NCBI GenBank assembly: GCA_904419095.1
Contig: CAJFQT010000001.1
Span: forward strand, 1 to 34,756
DNA: 34,756 nucleotides
DNA from: an uncultured Clostridia bacterium
Lineage (GTDB): Bacteria; Bacillota; Clostridia; TANB77; CAG-508
Direction: 5' to 3'
The position numbers and the translations under genes were made by a program. Of this stretch, positions 24,537-34,000 are shown piece after piece. Below the pieces are notes generated by a model. It made no database searches, was not told where the DNA came from, and saw nothing but the letters and a program-made list of their open reading frames with translations. Each line of letters begins with the position of its first letter. Positions within the stretch are counted from its first letter, which is position 1.

Positions 24537-24787
24537 TGATGGAGATAACTTATGTAATTGTAATAGCAATAATAGCTTATATTTTTGGAGCTATAACAAA
24601 GATATTTGTAGATAGCATACCAAATAAATATATACCAATCCAAAATGTTGCAATTGGAATAATAAGTGCTTTAGTATGTTATTTTACAAAAATAGAACCA
24701 AATTTATTACAAGCAATTGTACTATGTATTGTAGCAACAATGGGTGCAGGTGGAATAGCAGACCTGATAAACATTAAAAATAAATAA
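24536..24787 (+). CDS. holin
   Basis: 83 aa with about three hydrophobic segments. TAATG overlap with the upstream gene. Lies immediately upstream of the endolysin. Confidence 0.7.
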   Translation: MMEITYVIVIAIIAYIFGAITKIFVDSIPNKYIPIQNVAIGIISALVCYFTKIEPNLLQAIVLCIVATMGAGGIADLINIKNK

Positions 24788-24804
24788 AAAGGAGGAATAG
24801 AACA

Positions 24805-25626
24805 GTGAATTACAATGAATTTATCAATGCGTATAACGGAAAAAGCTTTGATTATGATGGAGTAAGTGGAGTACAATGTGTGGACTTAATAAAAATGTAT
24901 TTAGATAAAGTATTTGGAATAAAAGCAGGTGCTTGGGGAAATGCTAAAGACTATTACGAAAACTTTAGTAACTTACCACTAAAAAATAGTTTTACAAGGA
25001 TAGCAAATACAACATCTTTTATACCACAGTTGGGAGATATAGTAGTATGGGGAGCAGGACTAGGAAACACATATGGACACATAGCAATAGCCACAGGAGA
25101 AGGAAATACTTCAAATTTCTACAGCTACGATTTAAATTGGGGAAGTAAAACAGTACATAAAGTAAATCATAACTACAAGGGCTTTCTAGGAGTTTTAAGA
25201 GCTAATGACCAATCTAAAATAACAGGTGTTGTTGAAAAATTACCAGATTTGCAATATGAAGTACACATAGAAGACCGTGGTTGGTGTGGTTGGCAAAATG
25301 CAGGAGAAGGAGCAGGATCCGAAGGAAAAGCAAAAAGACTAGAAGCAGTTAAATTTAGAGGAAACAACGGACTAACAATAGAATACCAAGCACACGTAGA
25401 AAATATAGGTTGGCAAGACTGGAAAAAAGATGGAGAAGTAGCAGGAACAACAGGACAAAGTTTAAGACTAGAAGCATTAAGAATAAAATGCAATAAGGTT
25501 TTGGAAGTAGAAGAGCATATAGAAAATATAGGTTGGACTCCAAAGTTTAAATCAAAAGAATTTGTGATAGGAACAGAAGGAAGGCAACTAAGGTTAGAAG
25601 CATTTAGAATTAATGTAGTAGGATAA
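24805..25626 (+). CDS. endolysin: N-terminal CHAP peptidase/amidase domain plus C-terminal ChW-type wall-binding repeats
   Basis: GVQCVDLIKMY ... GHIAIATG gives the CHAP Cys/His. Four repeats follow, of the form HIE(D/N)xGW..W...G..AG(T/S)xG...RLEA(x)(K/R). Confidence 0.8.
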   Translation: MNYNEFINAYNGKSFDYDGVSGVQCVDLIKMYLDKVFGIKAGAWGNAKDYYENFSNLPLKNSFTRIANTTSFIPQLGDIVVWGAGLGNTYGHIAIATGEGNTSNFYSYDLNWGSKTVHKVNHNYKGFLGVLRANDQSKITGVVEKLPDLQYEVHIEDRGWCGWQNAGEGAGSEGKAKRLEAVKFRGNNGLTIEYQAHVENIGWQDWKKDGEVAGTTGQSLRLEALRIKCNKVLEVEEHIENIGWTPKFKSKEFVIGTEGRQLRLEAFRINVVG

Positions 25627-25634
25627 AAAAGATT

Positions 25635-25671
25635 GCTAGGTTGGATTAATTTCTGACCTAGCTTCTTTTTT
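25635..25671 (+). terminator. rho-independent terminator after the lysis cassette
   Basis: GCTAGGT-(14 nt)-ACCTAGC followed by TTCTTTTTT. Confidence 0.6.
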
Positions 25672-25748
25672 ATGCCAAAAAGCAGTAAAATTAAGGTATA
25701 CAAGTATATAAATTAAAAATAAAAACAGCTTAAAAAGGAAAATAGAAA

Positions 25749-25775
25749 GCCGAAAAATAGCCGAAGTTGGCCGAA
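25749..25775. repeat. three helically phased GCCGAA direct repeats (starts 25749, 25760, 25770)
   Basis: aGCCGAAaaatAGCCGAAgttgGCCGAAaaat, a GC-rich island within AT-rich intergenic DNA. Confidence 0.6.
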
Positions 25776-25795
25776 AAATCGACTGTTCGTTCGAC

Positions 25796-25824
25796 TTGAA
25801 AAAATATAAAATTTATGCTATAAT
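25796..25824 (+). promoter_or_regulatory. near-consensus promoter TTGAAA -17 nt- TGcTATAAT (extended -10)
   Basis: Hexamers and spacing counted directly from sequence. Confidence 0.6.
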
Positions 25825-25840
25825 ATTGACAGATAGAGGA

Positions 25841-25888
25841 AGAAATGTTACAATTTCGTAACAGAAATGTTACATAAAAGAAATGTAA
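25841..25888 (+). repeat. AGAAATGT(T)ACA direct repeats (3 copies) with embedded palindrome TGTTAC-aatttc-GTAACA
   Basis: Copies at 25841, 25863 and 25879. GTAACA (25859..25864) can pair with either flanking TGTTAC. Confidence 0.55.
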
Positions 25889-25894
25889 TAATTC

Positions 25895-25923
25895 TTGACA
25901 CATAAGAATAAATATTATATAAA
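25895..25923 (+). promoter_or_regulatory. second + strand promoter TTGACA -17 nt- TATAAA
   Basis: Read directly from sequence. Points into the 3' end of the minus-strand small gene. Confidence 0.5.
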
Positions 25924-25931
25924 AGAATTAT

Positions 25932-25964
25932 AATAAAAAATGAATAAGAGCAAAGCCCTTATTC
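25932..25964 (-). terminator. terminator of the minus-strand small gene
   Basis: On the minus strand: GAATAAGGGC-TTT-GCTCTTATTC (one G:U), followed by ATTTTTTATT. Confidence 0.55.
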
Positions 25965-26120
25965 AGTCGCCGTATTGTTGAATTGGCTGAAATTAGTTAC
26001 TGGACTGATTTCAGTCTTTTCTTTGTTGAGGAAAATCGAATATCCAAAGATACCCAAAGTTCCAACCAGTATTGCCAAACAAAGAAACATGAATCCAATA
26101 CCTATGTACTTGTTTTCCAT
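25959..26120 (-). CDS. 53-aa single-TM hydrophobic peptide (candidate type I toxin or small membrane effector)
   Basis: Minus strand: GGGAGGTGCTCT-ATG. Translates MENKYIGIGFMFLCLAILVGTLGIFGYSIFLNKEKTEISPVTNFSQFNNTATE*. Has its own terminator. Below the ORF-track size cut-off. Confidence 0.5.
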   Translation of the reverse strand: MENKYIGIGFMFLCLAILVGTLGIFGYSIFLNKEKTEISPVTNFSQFNNTATE

Positions 26121-26500
26121 AGAGCACCTCCCTTATACGAATTTGCACTAACTCATCTTGCGAAAAGTTAGGTGCATAAATTAATATTTAAGTTGTTTGA
26201 CATAGAAATAAATACTAATCTATGCACCCAACTTTAAGGGAGACAACACAACTAAACGAATTATATATAAGAATATATTTTTTGTCAATAAATTTTAAAA
26301 TAAATCTTTTTTCGACAAAATTTTTTCTCATACAAATAATTCCAGAAATGTAAAAAATTACTATTAAAAATTTTACAAAAAATGCAACTATTTTGCCCTC
26401 AGAAAACATCTATATAGTAGAGAGGAAAAAATAGTACCGAACTATCTTCGCCAAAAGTTCTAAAAAGAACCAAAAACAGATAACTCGATACTATGTACTA

Positions 26501-26534
26501 CAAAAGTAGACAATATTAAAATACTCTACTTTTG
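26501..26534. repeat. perfect 10-bp inverted repeat CAAAAGTAGA ... TCTACTTTTG (14-nt spacer)
   Basis: Read directly from sequence. No adjacent T-run on either strand. Confidence 0.6.
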
Positions 26535-26652
26535 TGAAAAATATCTCTAAATTTTATGAAAGAGGAGGAATAGTTTATGAAAAGTGATGTAGTAACTTAA
26601 ATAGTAATTTACGCAAAAGAAAATATAAATATAAAACGGAGGAATATTTGAT

Positions 26653-26808
26653 ATGAATAATGTTGAAAAAGACGTAGTAAGAGAATTAGAAAAAGAATTT
26701 GGCAAAGATTTTAAAACTAAAATATTTTTTAAACTGTTTAAAGAAAAAATATTAAAAATCTATAGAAAGGGTATGGTTGATAATTTTAATTACTTTAACA
26801 AATATTAA
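26653..26808 (+). CDS. small hypothetical protein (51 aa)
   Basis: RBS ACGGAGGAATATTTGAT-ATG. Translates MNNVEKDVVRELEKEFGKDFKTKIFFKLFKEKILKIYRKGMVDNFNYFNKY*. A strong hairpin follows. Confidence 0.45.
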   Translation: MNNVEKDVVRELEKEFGKDFKTKIFFKLFKEKILKIYRKGMVDNFNYFNKY

Positions 26809-26979
26809 AATAAAATAATATGCAGAGTTTAAAATTCTGCATATTATTAAAAAACAATTATAGTACTTTTTTCTATTAACATCTGGTAAAGTTATATCTA
26901 AGTCAAATTGTTTTCCACCAGAGATAACTCCATCTACGTCTAAAATTGGGCAAACAGGTTTGTTATAATCCATTTCCAT
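26752..26979 (-). CDS. small hypothetical protein (75 aa from MEMDYNK...)
   Basis: RBS AAAGGAAG lies 8 nt before the ATG at 26979. The N-terminal 40 aa look protein-like (MEMDYNKPVCPILDVDGVISGGKQFDLDITLPDVNRKKY). The C-terminal part is translated through the hairpin and overlaps the convergent ORF, so the true 3' end is doubtful. Confidence 0.35.
   Translation of the reverse strand: MEMDYNKPVCPILDVDGVISGGKQFDLDITLPDVNRKKYYNCFLIICRILNSAYYFILIFVKVIKIINHTLSIDF
26814..26848. terminator. bidirectional terminator-like hairpin (13-bp perfect stem)
   Basis: AATAATATGCAGA-gtttaaaat-TCTGCATATTATT, with A/T runs on both sides. Confidence 0.55.
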
Positions 26980-27087
26980 AAAATTACTTCCTTTCATATT
27001 TTTATGCAATTTTACTTGCTAATATATTATATGTTTTTGAATTCAAATTGACATAAAAACTAATTTTTTGCATTTTTTTGGAATATG

Positions 27088-27096
27088 TGGTATAAT
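27088..27096 (+). promoter_or_regulatory. extended -10 promoter element TGgTATAAT
   Basis: Read directly from sequence. Lies 30 nt upstream of RBS AAAGGAAGTG and ATG 27127. Confidence 0.4.
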
Positions 27097-27126
27097 ATAT
27101 ATGTATTAACAAAGGAAGTGATTATT

Positions 27127-27957
27127 ATGGAAATGGATGATATTAAATTTTATAAAATATATAAACAACATAAAGAAGATGCCGAAAAGAAATTAAAAAG
27201 AAATTTAAGTCAAGAAGAGAAGAACTTAATGAAAAAGATGATGTTGGAAGAAGGGGCTAAACGAGGAATACTAACAGATAGATTGAAAAAGGTAGCAGTA
27301 GCCGCAGGCATTATAAGTGCTGCAGCAGTAGTAGGTGTAGGGGCAAAAACAGTGATAGACACTCATTCAAATAAACAGAGTGATGCAGAAATAGAAAATG
27401 CAAACGCAAACGAGTCAGTAAATATGAATGAAAAGACTTTGGAGGTACAAGATGAAGAAATTGATATATTTGAAGAAGTAAAAGATATTTATAATGAAAA
27501 ATATCCAGATACTAAAATTTCAATGGATGATTTAGGTATAATACAAAGTAATTCTAATGGAGATTTATTTTTAGGAACATTAGATGATGGAACTAAAAAT
27601 TATGCAATTGATTCTGACTTAATAGCATATCAAGATACTACTAGCGCAGTATATGAAAAAGGATATGTAGAAATAAATAGATTAGGCGAAGATGCAACAG
27701 TTTATGTTGTAGTTGACAAAAGGGATAATAGCACAATAACAGCTATGGGAAAATTACAAGATGAGGGAATAGTTCCAATAACAGTAGAAAAACTTGATAC
27801 TTTTTCAGGACCTATATATGAAAACACAGGTAAACAAATTGATATTTCAAAAGATAATGAAGAGGAAAATAAGAAAACATATGATGCATTAGCAGATAAA
27901 TATCAAGAGAGATTAGCAGAAATAAACGCACAACAACGAGATGATGATGGACGTTAA
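27127..27957 (+). CDS. single-pass membrane protein with extracytoplasmic domain, unknown function
   Basis: The track start 27085 overlaps the promoter, so ATG 27127 (MEMDDIKFYKIY...) is preferred. TM segment VAVAAGIISAAAVVGVGA. The C-terminal roughly 190 aa are hydrophilic. Confidence 0.6.
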   Translation: MEMDDIKFYKIYKQHKEDAEKKLKRNLSQEEKNLMKKMMLEEGAKRGILTDRLKKVAVAAGIISAAAVVGVGAKTVIDTHSNKQSDAEIENANANESVNMNEKTLEVQDEEIDIFEEVKDIYNEKYPDTKISMDDLGIIQSNSNGDLFLGTLDDGTKNYAIDSDLIAYQDTTSAVYEKGYVEINRLGEDATVYVVVDKRDNSTITAMGKLQDEGIVPITVEKLDTFSGPIYENTGKQIDISKDNEEENKKTYDALADKYQERLAEINAQQRDDDGR

Positions 27958-27995
27958 TATTTATAAAAACGAATAAAGTTAAAAACGTATAAATT

Positions 27996-28052
27996 TTCCA
28001 CTTCTTGCAAACAATATGTGTAAAACATATTTGCAAGGAGTGGAATTTTTTT
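27996..28052 (+). terminator. 16-bp hairpin plus T-run; the 3' arm contains the RBS of the downstream gene
   Basis: TTCCACTTCTTGCAAA-(18 nt)-TTTGCAAGGAGTGGAA (one G:U), followed by TTTTTTT that runs into the TTG start at 28051. Confidence 0.55.
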
Positions 28053-31000
28053 GAAAGAATATAAAAATTTAAAAATAAATGGTACAATGCTTGAAAAAAG
28101 TCAACTTGATAAACATTTAGAGAAAATAGCAAGTACCCATAATTTAAGTCCAAAATCAGAAAAAAGCACATATCCAGTACCAAATTTAATAAAAGATTTT
28201 GAATATATAAAAGAAGTATATAAATTATTAAATGAACATTTAAAGTTAGAAATAACAATACATCCGGCAGGTGAATGGTTACTTGATAATTTCTATATAA
28301 TAGAGGAAACTGTAAAACAGATACAAAATGAATTAAGTATTAAAAAATATACTAATTTTGTAGGAATACAAACAGGAGAATATAAAGGGTTTGCACGAAT
28401 ATATGTGCTTGCGGAAGAAATAGTAGCATATACAGATTGTAAAATAGAAAAAGAAAATTTGGAAGAATATTTGAAAAGTTATCAGCAAAAAAGAACATTA
28501 AGTATGGATGAAATCTGGAATATAGGAATATTTCTAGAAATAGCTATAATTCAAAAGATAAAAGACGTATGTGAAAAAATAGCAAGTAGTCAAATGCAAA
28601 AATATAAAGTAGAAGATATAGCAGAAAGATTGATAGAAAACAAAGAAAAAAGCAAACTAATATATAAATCAAAAAATAATAATTATCAAAAGAATGTATT
28701 ACAGAATATAGATATGAAATATCCATTTATAGAATATATGTCATATACATTAAAAAGATATGGAAAAAAGGGAATAGGGTATTTAAATATTTTAGAAGAT
28801 ATAGTAGAAAAACAAGGTACAACTGTGTCAGATGTAATTCAGAAAGAACATTTTGATATAGCTATTCAAAAGGTATTAATGGGAAATAGTATAACAAGTA
28901 TAAAAAAAATACAGAGAATAAATTTTTTAGAAATATTTGAAAAAATAAATGGAGTAGAAGATATTTTAAGAAAAGATCCTGCAAATGTATATGAAAAAAT
29001 GGACTATACAACTAAAGAGTATTATAGAAATAAAATAAAAGAGATATCAAATAAAACTAAAATGTCAGAAATATATATTGCAAGAAAAATATTAGAGTTA
29101 GCTGAGGAAAAAGCAAATCAATGTTTTAAACAAGGTCAAGATGAAGAAGTAGATACGAAAGAAAGCAAAATTGATTTTGGGCAAAGAAATAATATAAATG
29201 TTCAAGGAGAAAGTAACAAAAACTATAGTGATAATAATGATGAAGATAGAAATCAATATAAATTTCAAAAAGAAAATAACCAAGAAAATCAGAAGATTAA
29301 TATATGTAAAGATATGCATATAGGATATTATTTAATAGATGAAGGAATAAATGAACTATATAAAAAATTAGAGTATTCTGCAAAAAAAGAAAGAACACCA
29401 AAGCAAAAAACAAAAATATATATTGCAGGAATAGCTATAAGTTCAATAGTAATAACATTTTTATTATCATATTTTTTAAGTCAAAAATTACAAAATATAT
29501 GGATTTTTATAATAAGTGCAATAATATTTTTTATACCATCAACTGAACTTTCAATTCAAGTTTTGCAATATATATTAAGCAAATGTGTAAAACCAAAATT
29601 AATTCCTAAAATGGATTTTTCGAAAGGCATAACTAAAGAAAATGCTACTATGGTAATAATCCCAACAATAGTAGATTCAATAGATAAAGTAAAAGAATTA
29701 GTAAAAAAACTTGAAGTAGCGTATGTATCAAATGAATCTAAAAATTTATATTTTACTTTACTTGGAGACTGCACACAAAGTAGAAATCAAGAAGAAAAAA
29801 TAGATCAAGATATAATGAAAACAGGAAAAGAAGAAGTCGAAAAATTAAATAAAAAGTATCCAAACGAAGAATTCCCAATTTTTAATTTTATATATAGAAA
29901 AAGAATATGGAATGAAAAAGAGGATTGTTATTTAGGTTGGGAAAGAAAAAGAGGAATGATAAATCAATTTAATGAATATTTGTTAAAAAATATAGAAAAT
30001 CCATTCCGTGAAAATACAATTGAAAAATATCAAAAAGAAAATAAAGTACCAAAAATAAAATATATTATTACACTAGATGCTGATACAGATTTAATATTAG
30101 AAACGGCATCAAAATTAGTAGGAGCAATGGCACATATACTAAATCTTCCACAAATAGATGAAGATAAAAATATAGTAATAAAAGGATATGGAATAATGCA
30201 ACCGCGAGTAGGAGTGAATTTGCAAATATCTTATAAAAATTTATTTACGAAAATATTTGCAGGGGCAGGGGGAATAGATTGTTATACAAATGCTATTTCA
30301 GATATATATCAAGATAATTTTAAAGAAGGAATATTTACTGGAAAGGGAATATATGATTTAGAAGTATTTTCAAAAGTATTAAGCAAAGAAATACCAGAAA
30401 ATACAGTGCTAAGTCATGATTTGCTAGAGGGATGCTATTTAAGATGTGGACTAGTGTCAGATATTATGCTAATGGATGGATATCCTTGTAAATATAATAG
30501 TTTTATGAATAGATTATCTAGATGGATTAGAGGAGATTGGCAAATATGTAATTGGCTGTTTAATAAAAAATTAAATATGTTATCAAAATTTAAAATCTTA
30601 GATAATTTAAGAAGAAGTTTGTTAGAGATAAGTTTGATATTATCATTATTAGTAACTTCTTTAATAGGTATTGTTTATGAAATAAAAATATTTCCAATAA
30701 TTTGTGTCATTAGTTTAATAATAATAATACCATTTATATTAGAGCTTTTGAATATGCTTATTTTTAAAAAGGAAGGAGAAGAAAAGCAGAAAACATTTAC
30801 ACCTAAAATATCAGGTGTAAAAGGAGCAATTATAAGAGCAATTTTAACACTTGGTTGCTTGCCATATAAAGCATATATTTCAGCAAAGGCAGTAGTAAAA
30901 ACTATATATAGAAAATTAATTACAAAAAAACATATGTTGGAATGGACAACTTCTGAGGAAGCGGAAAAGCAAGCAAAGACAGATATTTTTTCATATTATT

Positions 31001-34000
31001 ATCAAATGGGAATTAATGTTATATCAGCAATAATATGTATAGTAATCGGAGTGGGATTAAGAAGTGTTTATTCATTAATACTTGCATTTTTATGGTTAAT
31101 AACACCTGCAATAATGCAAAATATAAGTACCATTAAAAATAAGAAGAAACAAATAGATGAGTTAAATAATTTGGAAAAAGAAGAAGTTAAACAAATAGCT
31201 GAAAAAACATGGAAATTTTTTAAAGATAATTTAAATGAAGAAAATAATTATTTAATAACAGATAATATACAAGAAGATAGAATACCACAAGTTGTTCCAA
31301 GGACATCATCAACAAATATTGGATTATCACTTTTGGCAGTTGTTTCTGCATATGATTTAAATTTTATAGATGAAGAAAATGCAATAGAATATTTAAATAA
31401 AATTATATTAAGTATTGAAAGTTTGCCAAAATGGAACGGACATTTATATAATTGGTATAATACTAAAACTAAAGAGCCATTATTACCAAGATATATTTCA
31501 ACAGTTGATAGTGGTAATTTTATAGGATATCTGTATACAGTAAAACCTTTTTTAGAAGAATTAGATAAGAAGATAATGAGTCAAGAACGAGAAATAGATG
31601 AGAGTGTAGAAAAATCAGACGGAAAGTCTAAGCAAGAAGATAAAGAAAATAAATCATTGAGAAATCTGAAACAGATGCAAGAAAAAATAGAAAATTGCTT
31701 AAGAATAATAATAGATATTATAAAAACAACAGATTTTTCATTGCTTTATAGTAAGGAGCATCAATTATTTTCAATAGGTTATAATATAGAAGAAAATAAA
31801 CTAACAGATTCATATTATGATTTATTGGCTTCAGAAGCAAGACAAGCAAGTTTTGTAGCAATAGCTAAAAAAGATGTACCTGTTAAACATTGGAATTCAT
31901 TAAGTAGAACGTTAACAGTACTTGGAAAATATAAAGGGTTAATATCTTGGTCAGGAACATCATTTGAATATCTAATGCCAAATATAAATATGCCGAAATA
32001 TGAAGGAAGTTTATTAGATGAATCTTGCAAATTTATGATATTAAGTCAAATGAAATATGCAAAAGAGTTAAATATACCTTGGGGAATATCAGAAGCGGCA
32101 TTTAATTTAAAAGACCTACAAGGTAATTATCAATATAAAGCATTTGGTGTTCCATGGCTAGGATTAAAGCGAGGCTTAGCTGATGAAATGGTTGTATCAA
32201 GTTATGGTGGAATACTTGCAATATTTGATGAACCGAAAAAAGTTGTAAATAATATAAAAAGACTAAAAGAATATGGAGTAGAAGGAAAATATGGATTATA
32301 TGAATCAATAGATTTTACACCAGAAAGACTGAAAAAAGGGGAAACGGGAACACCGGTAAAGACATTTATGGCACATCATCAAGCGTTAATATTACTTTCA
32401 ATAAATAATTTATTTAATAACAATATTTTCCAAAATAGATTTATGCAAAATCCAGAGATTGAAGGAACAAGTATATTGTTGCAAGAAACAATGCCAGAAA
32501 AAGCAATAATAACAAAAGAAAATAAAGAAAAAATAGAAAAGCCAAAATATAAAGATTATGAAGATTATATAGAAGAAACTTATACAAAGATAGATGAAAG
32601 ACTTATTAGAGGAAATGTAATATCAAATGAAAATTATATAATTGCAATGAACCAGAAAGGAGAAGGATTTAGTAAATATAAAAACATATATGTAAATAGA
32701 TTTAAAGTAACAGATGACTATCCACAAGGAATATTTTTTGCTGTAAAAAATATAAAAACTAAAAGTATTTTTACAACAAACTATGTGAAAGATTCACAAT
32801 ATAAAGTTACATTTACACCAGATAAAATAGAACAGGAAATAACGAAGGAAAATTTAAAGACAAAAGTAGAAACAATTGTAACTGCAAAAGAACCGGTAGA
32901 AATTAGAAAAATGACGATTGAAAATCTAGGAAATGAAGAAGAAATAGTTGAAGTAACAGCTTATTTTGAACCAGTATTATCTAGAAAGGAACAAGAGTAT
33001 GCACATCCAGTATTTAATAATTTGTTTTTAATATATTCTTATGATGAAGAAACTAATAGTTTAATAGTAAAAAGAAAAAAGAGAGAAGTAGGAGATAAAG
33101 AGATATATTTAGCTGTAAATTTAGTATCAAATAGCGAAAATATAGGAGATTTGGAGTATGAAGTAGATAAAGAAAAATTTGTTGGAAGGGGGAATTTAGG
33201 AATTCCACAAATGATAAAAAATTCAAACCCACTATCTAAAAAAATAGGACTTGTTACAGAACCTATAGTGGCACTAAAAAGGAATATAAAAATTAAGCCA
33301 AATGAAAAAGTAAATATATCATTAATAATATCAGTAGAAGAAAATAAGGAAATTGTGCTTGAAAATATAAAAAAATATAGAATAAATGAAAATGTAGAAA
33401 AAGCATTTGCATTATCAAAGGCAGGGGTAGAAGCCAATAGTAGATATTTGAGAATAAAAGGAAAAGAACTTAAAGATTATGAGAAGGTCTTGTCATATAT
33501 AATTTTTAAAAATCCAGCAAAAAAACTAATTCTTGAAAAATTGCCAAAGAGAAATTATGTACAAAGTGATTTATGGAAATATGGAATTTCTGGAGATTTA
33601 CCATTAATATTAGTAAAGATAAAAGATGTCAATGATGCATATGTTCTAAAAGAAGTATTGAAAATGTATGAATTTATTAGAACAAAAAAAGTAGATGTGG
33701 AAATCGTAATCTTAGATGAAGAGAGACATAGCTATGAAAATTTTGTTAGAGAAGAGATAGAAAATATTATATTAAATGAACATATGTCATATTTAAGAAA
33801 TATCAAAGGAGGAATATTTGAACTAAATAAAAATGATATAGAAAAAAGAGATAGAGAAATTTTAGAGTTAGTTTCAAGTATAATTATAGATAGTAATAAA
33901 GGAGGAATAAAAAATACAATTCAAGAGTTAGAAGAAGAATATTTAGATAAGGAGAAAAATACACCTGATGAAAATAAAGTACAGATAATGGCAAGTGATG

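Noticed and set aside
25173-25703. 176-aa minus-strand ORF overlapping the endolysin
   Set aside because: It is a shadow of the repeat-containing endolysin C-terminus. It has no RBS, and the + strand product has clear CHAP and ChW features.
25983-26171. 62-aa + strand track ORF
   Set aside because: It has a non-ATG start, no RBS and an implausible composition. The opposite strand encodes a 53-aa TM peptide with an RBS and a terminator, which explains the open frame.
26215-26409. 64-aa minus-strand track ORF
   Set aside because: There is no Shine-Dalgarno upstream. The AT-rich region is more consistent with promoter or leader DNA. No motif was found.
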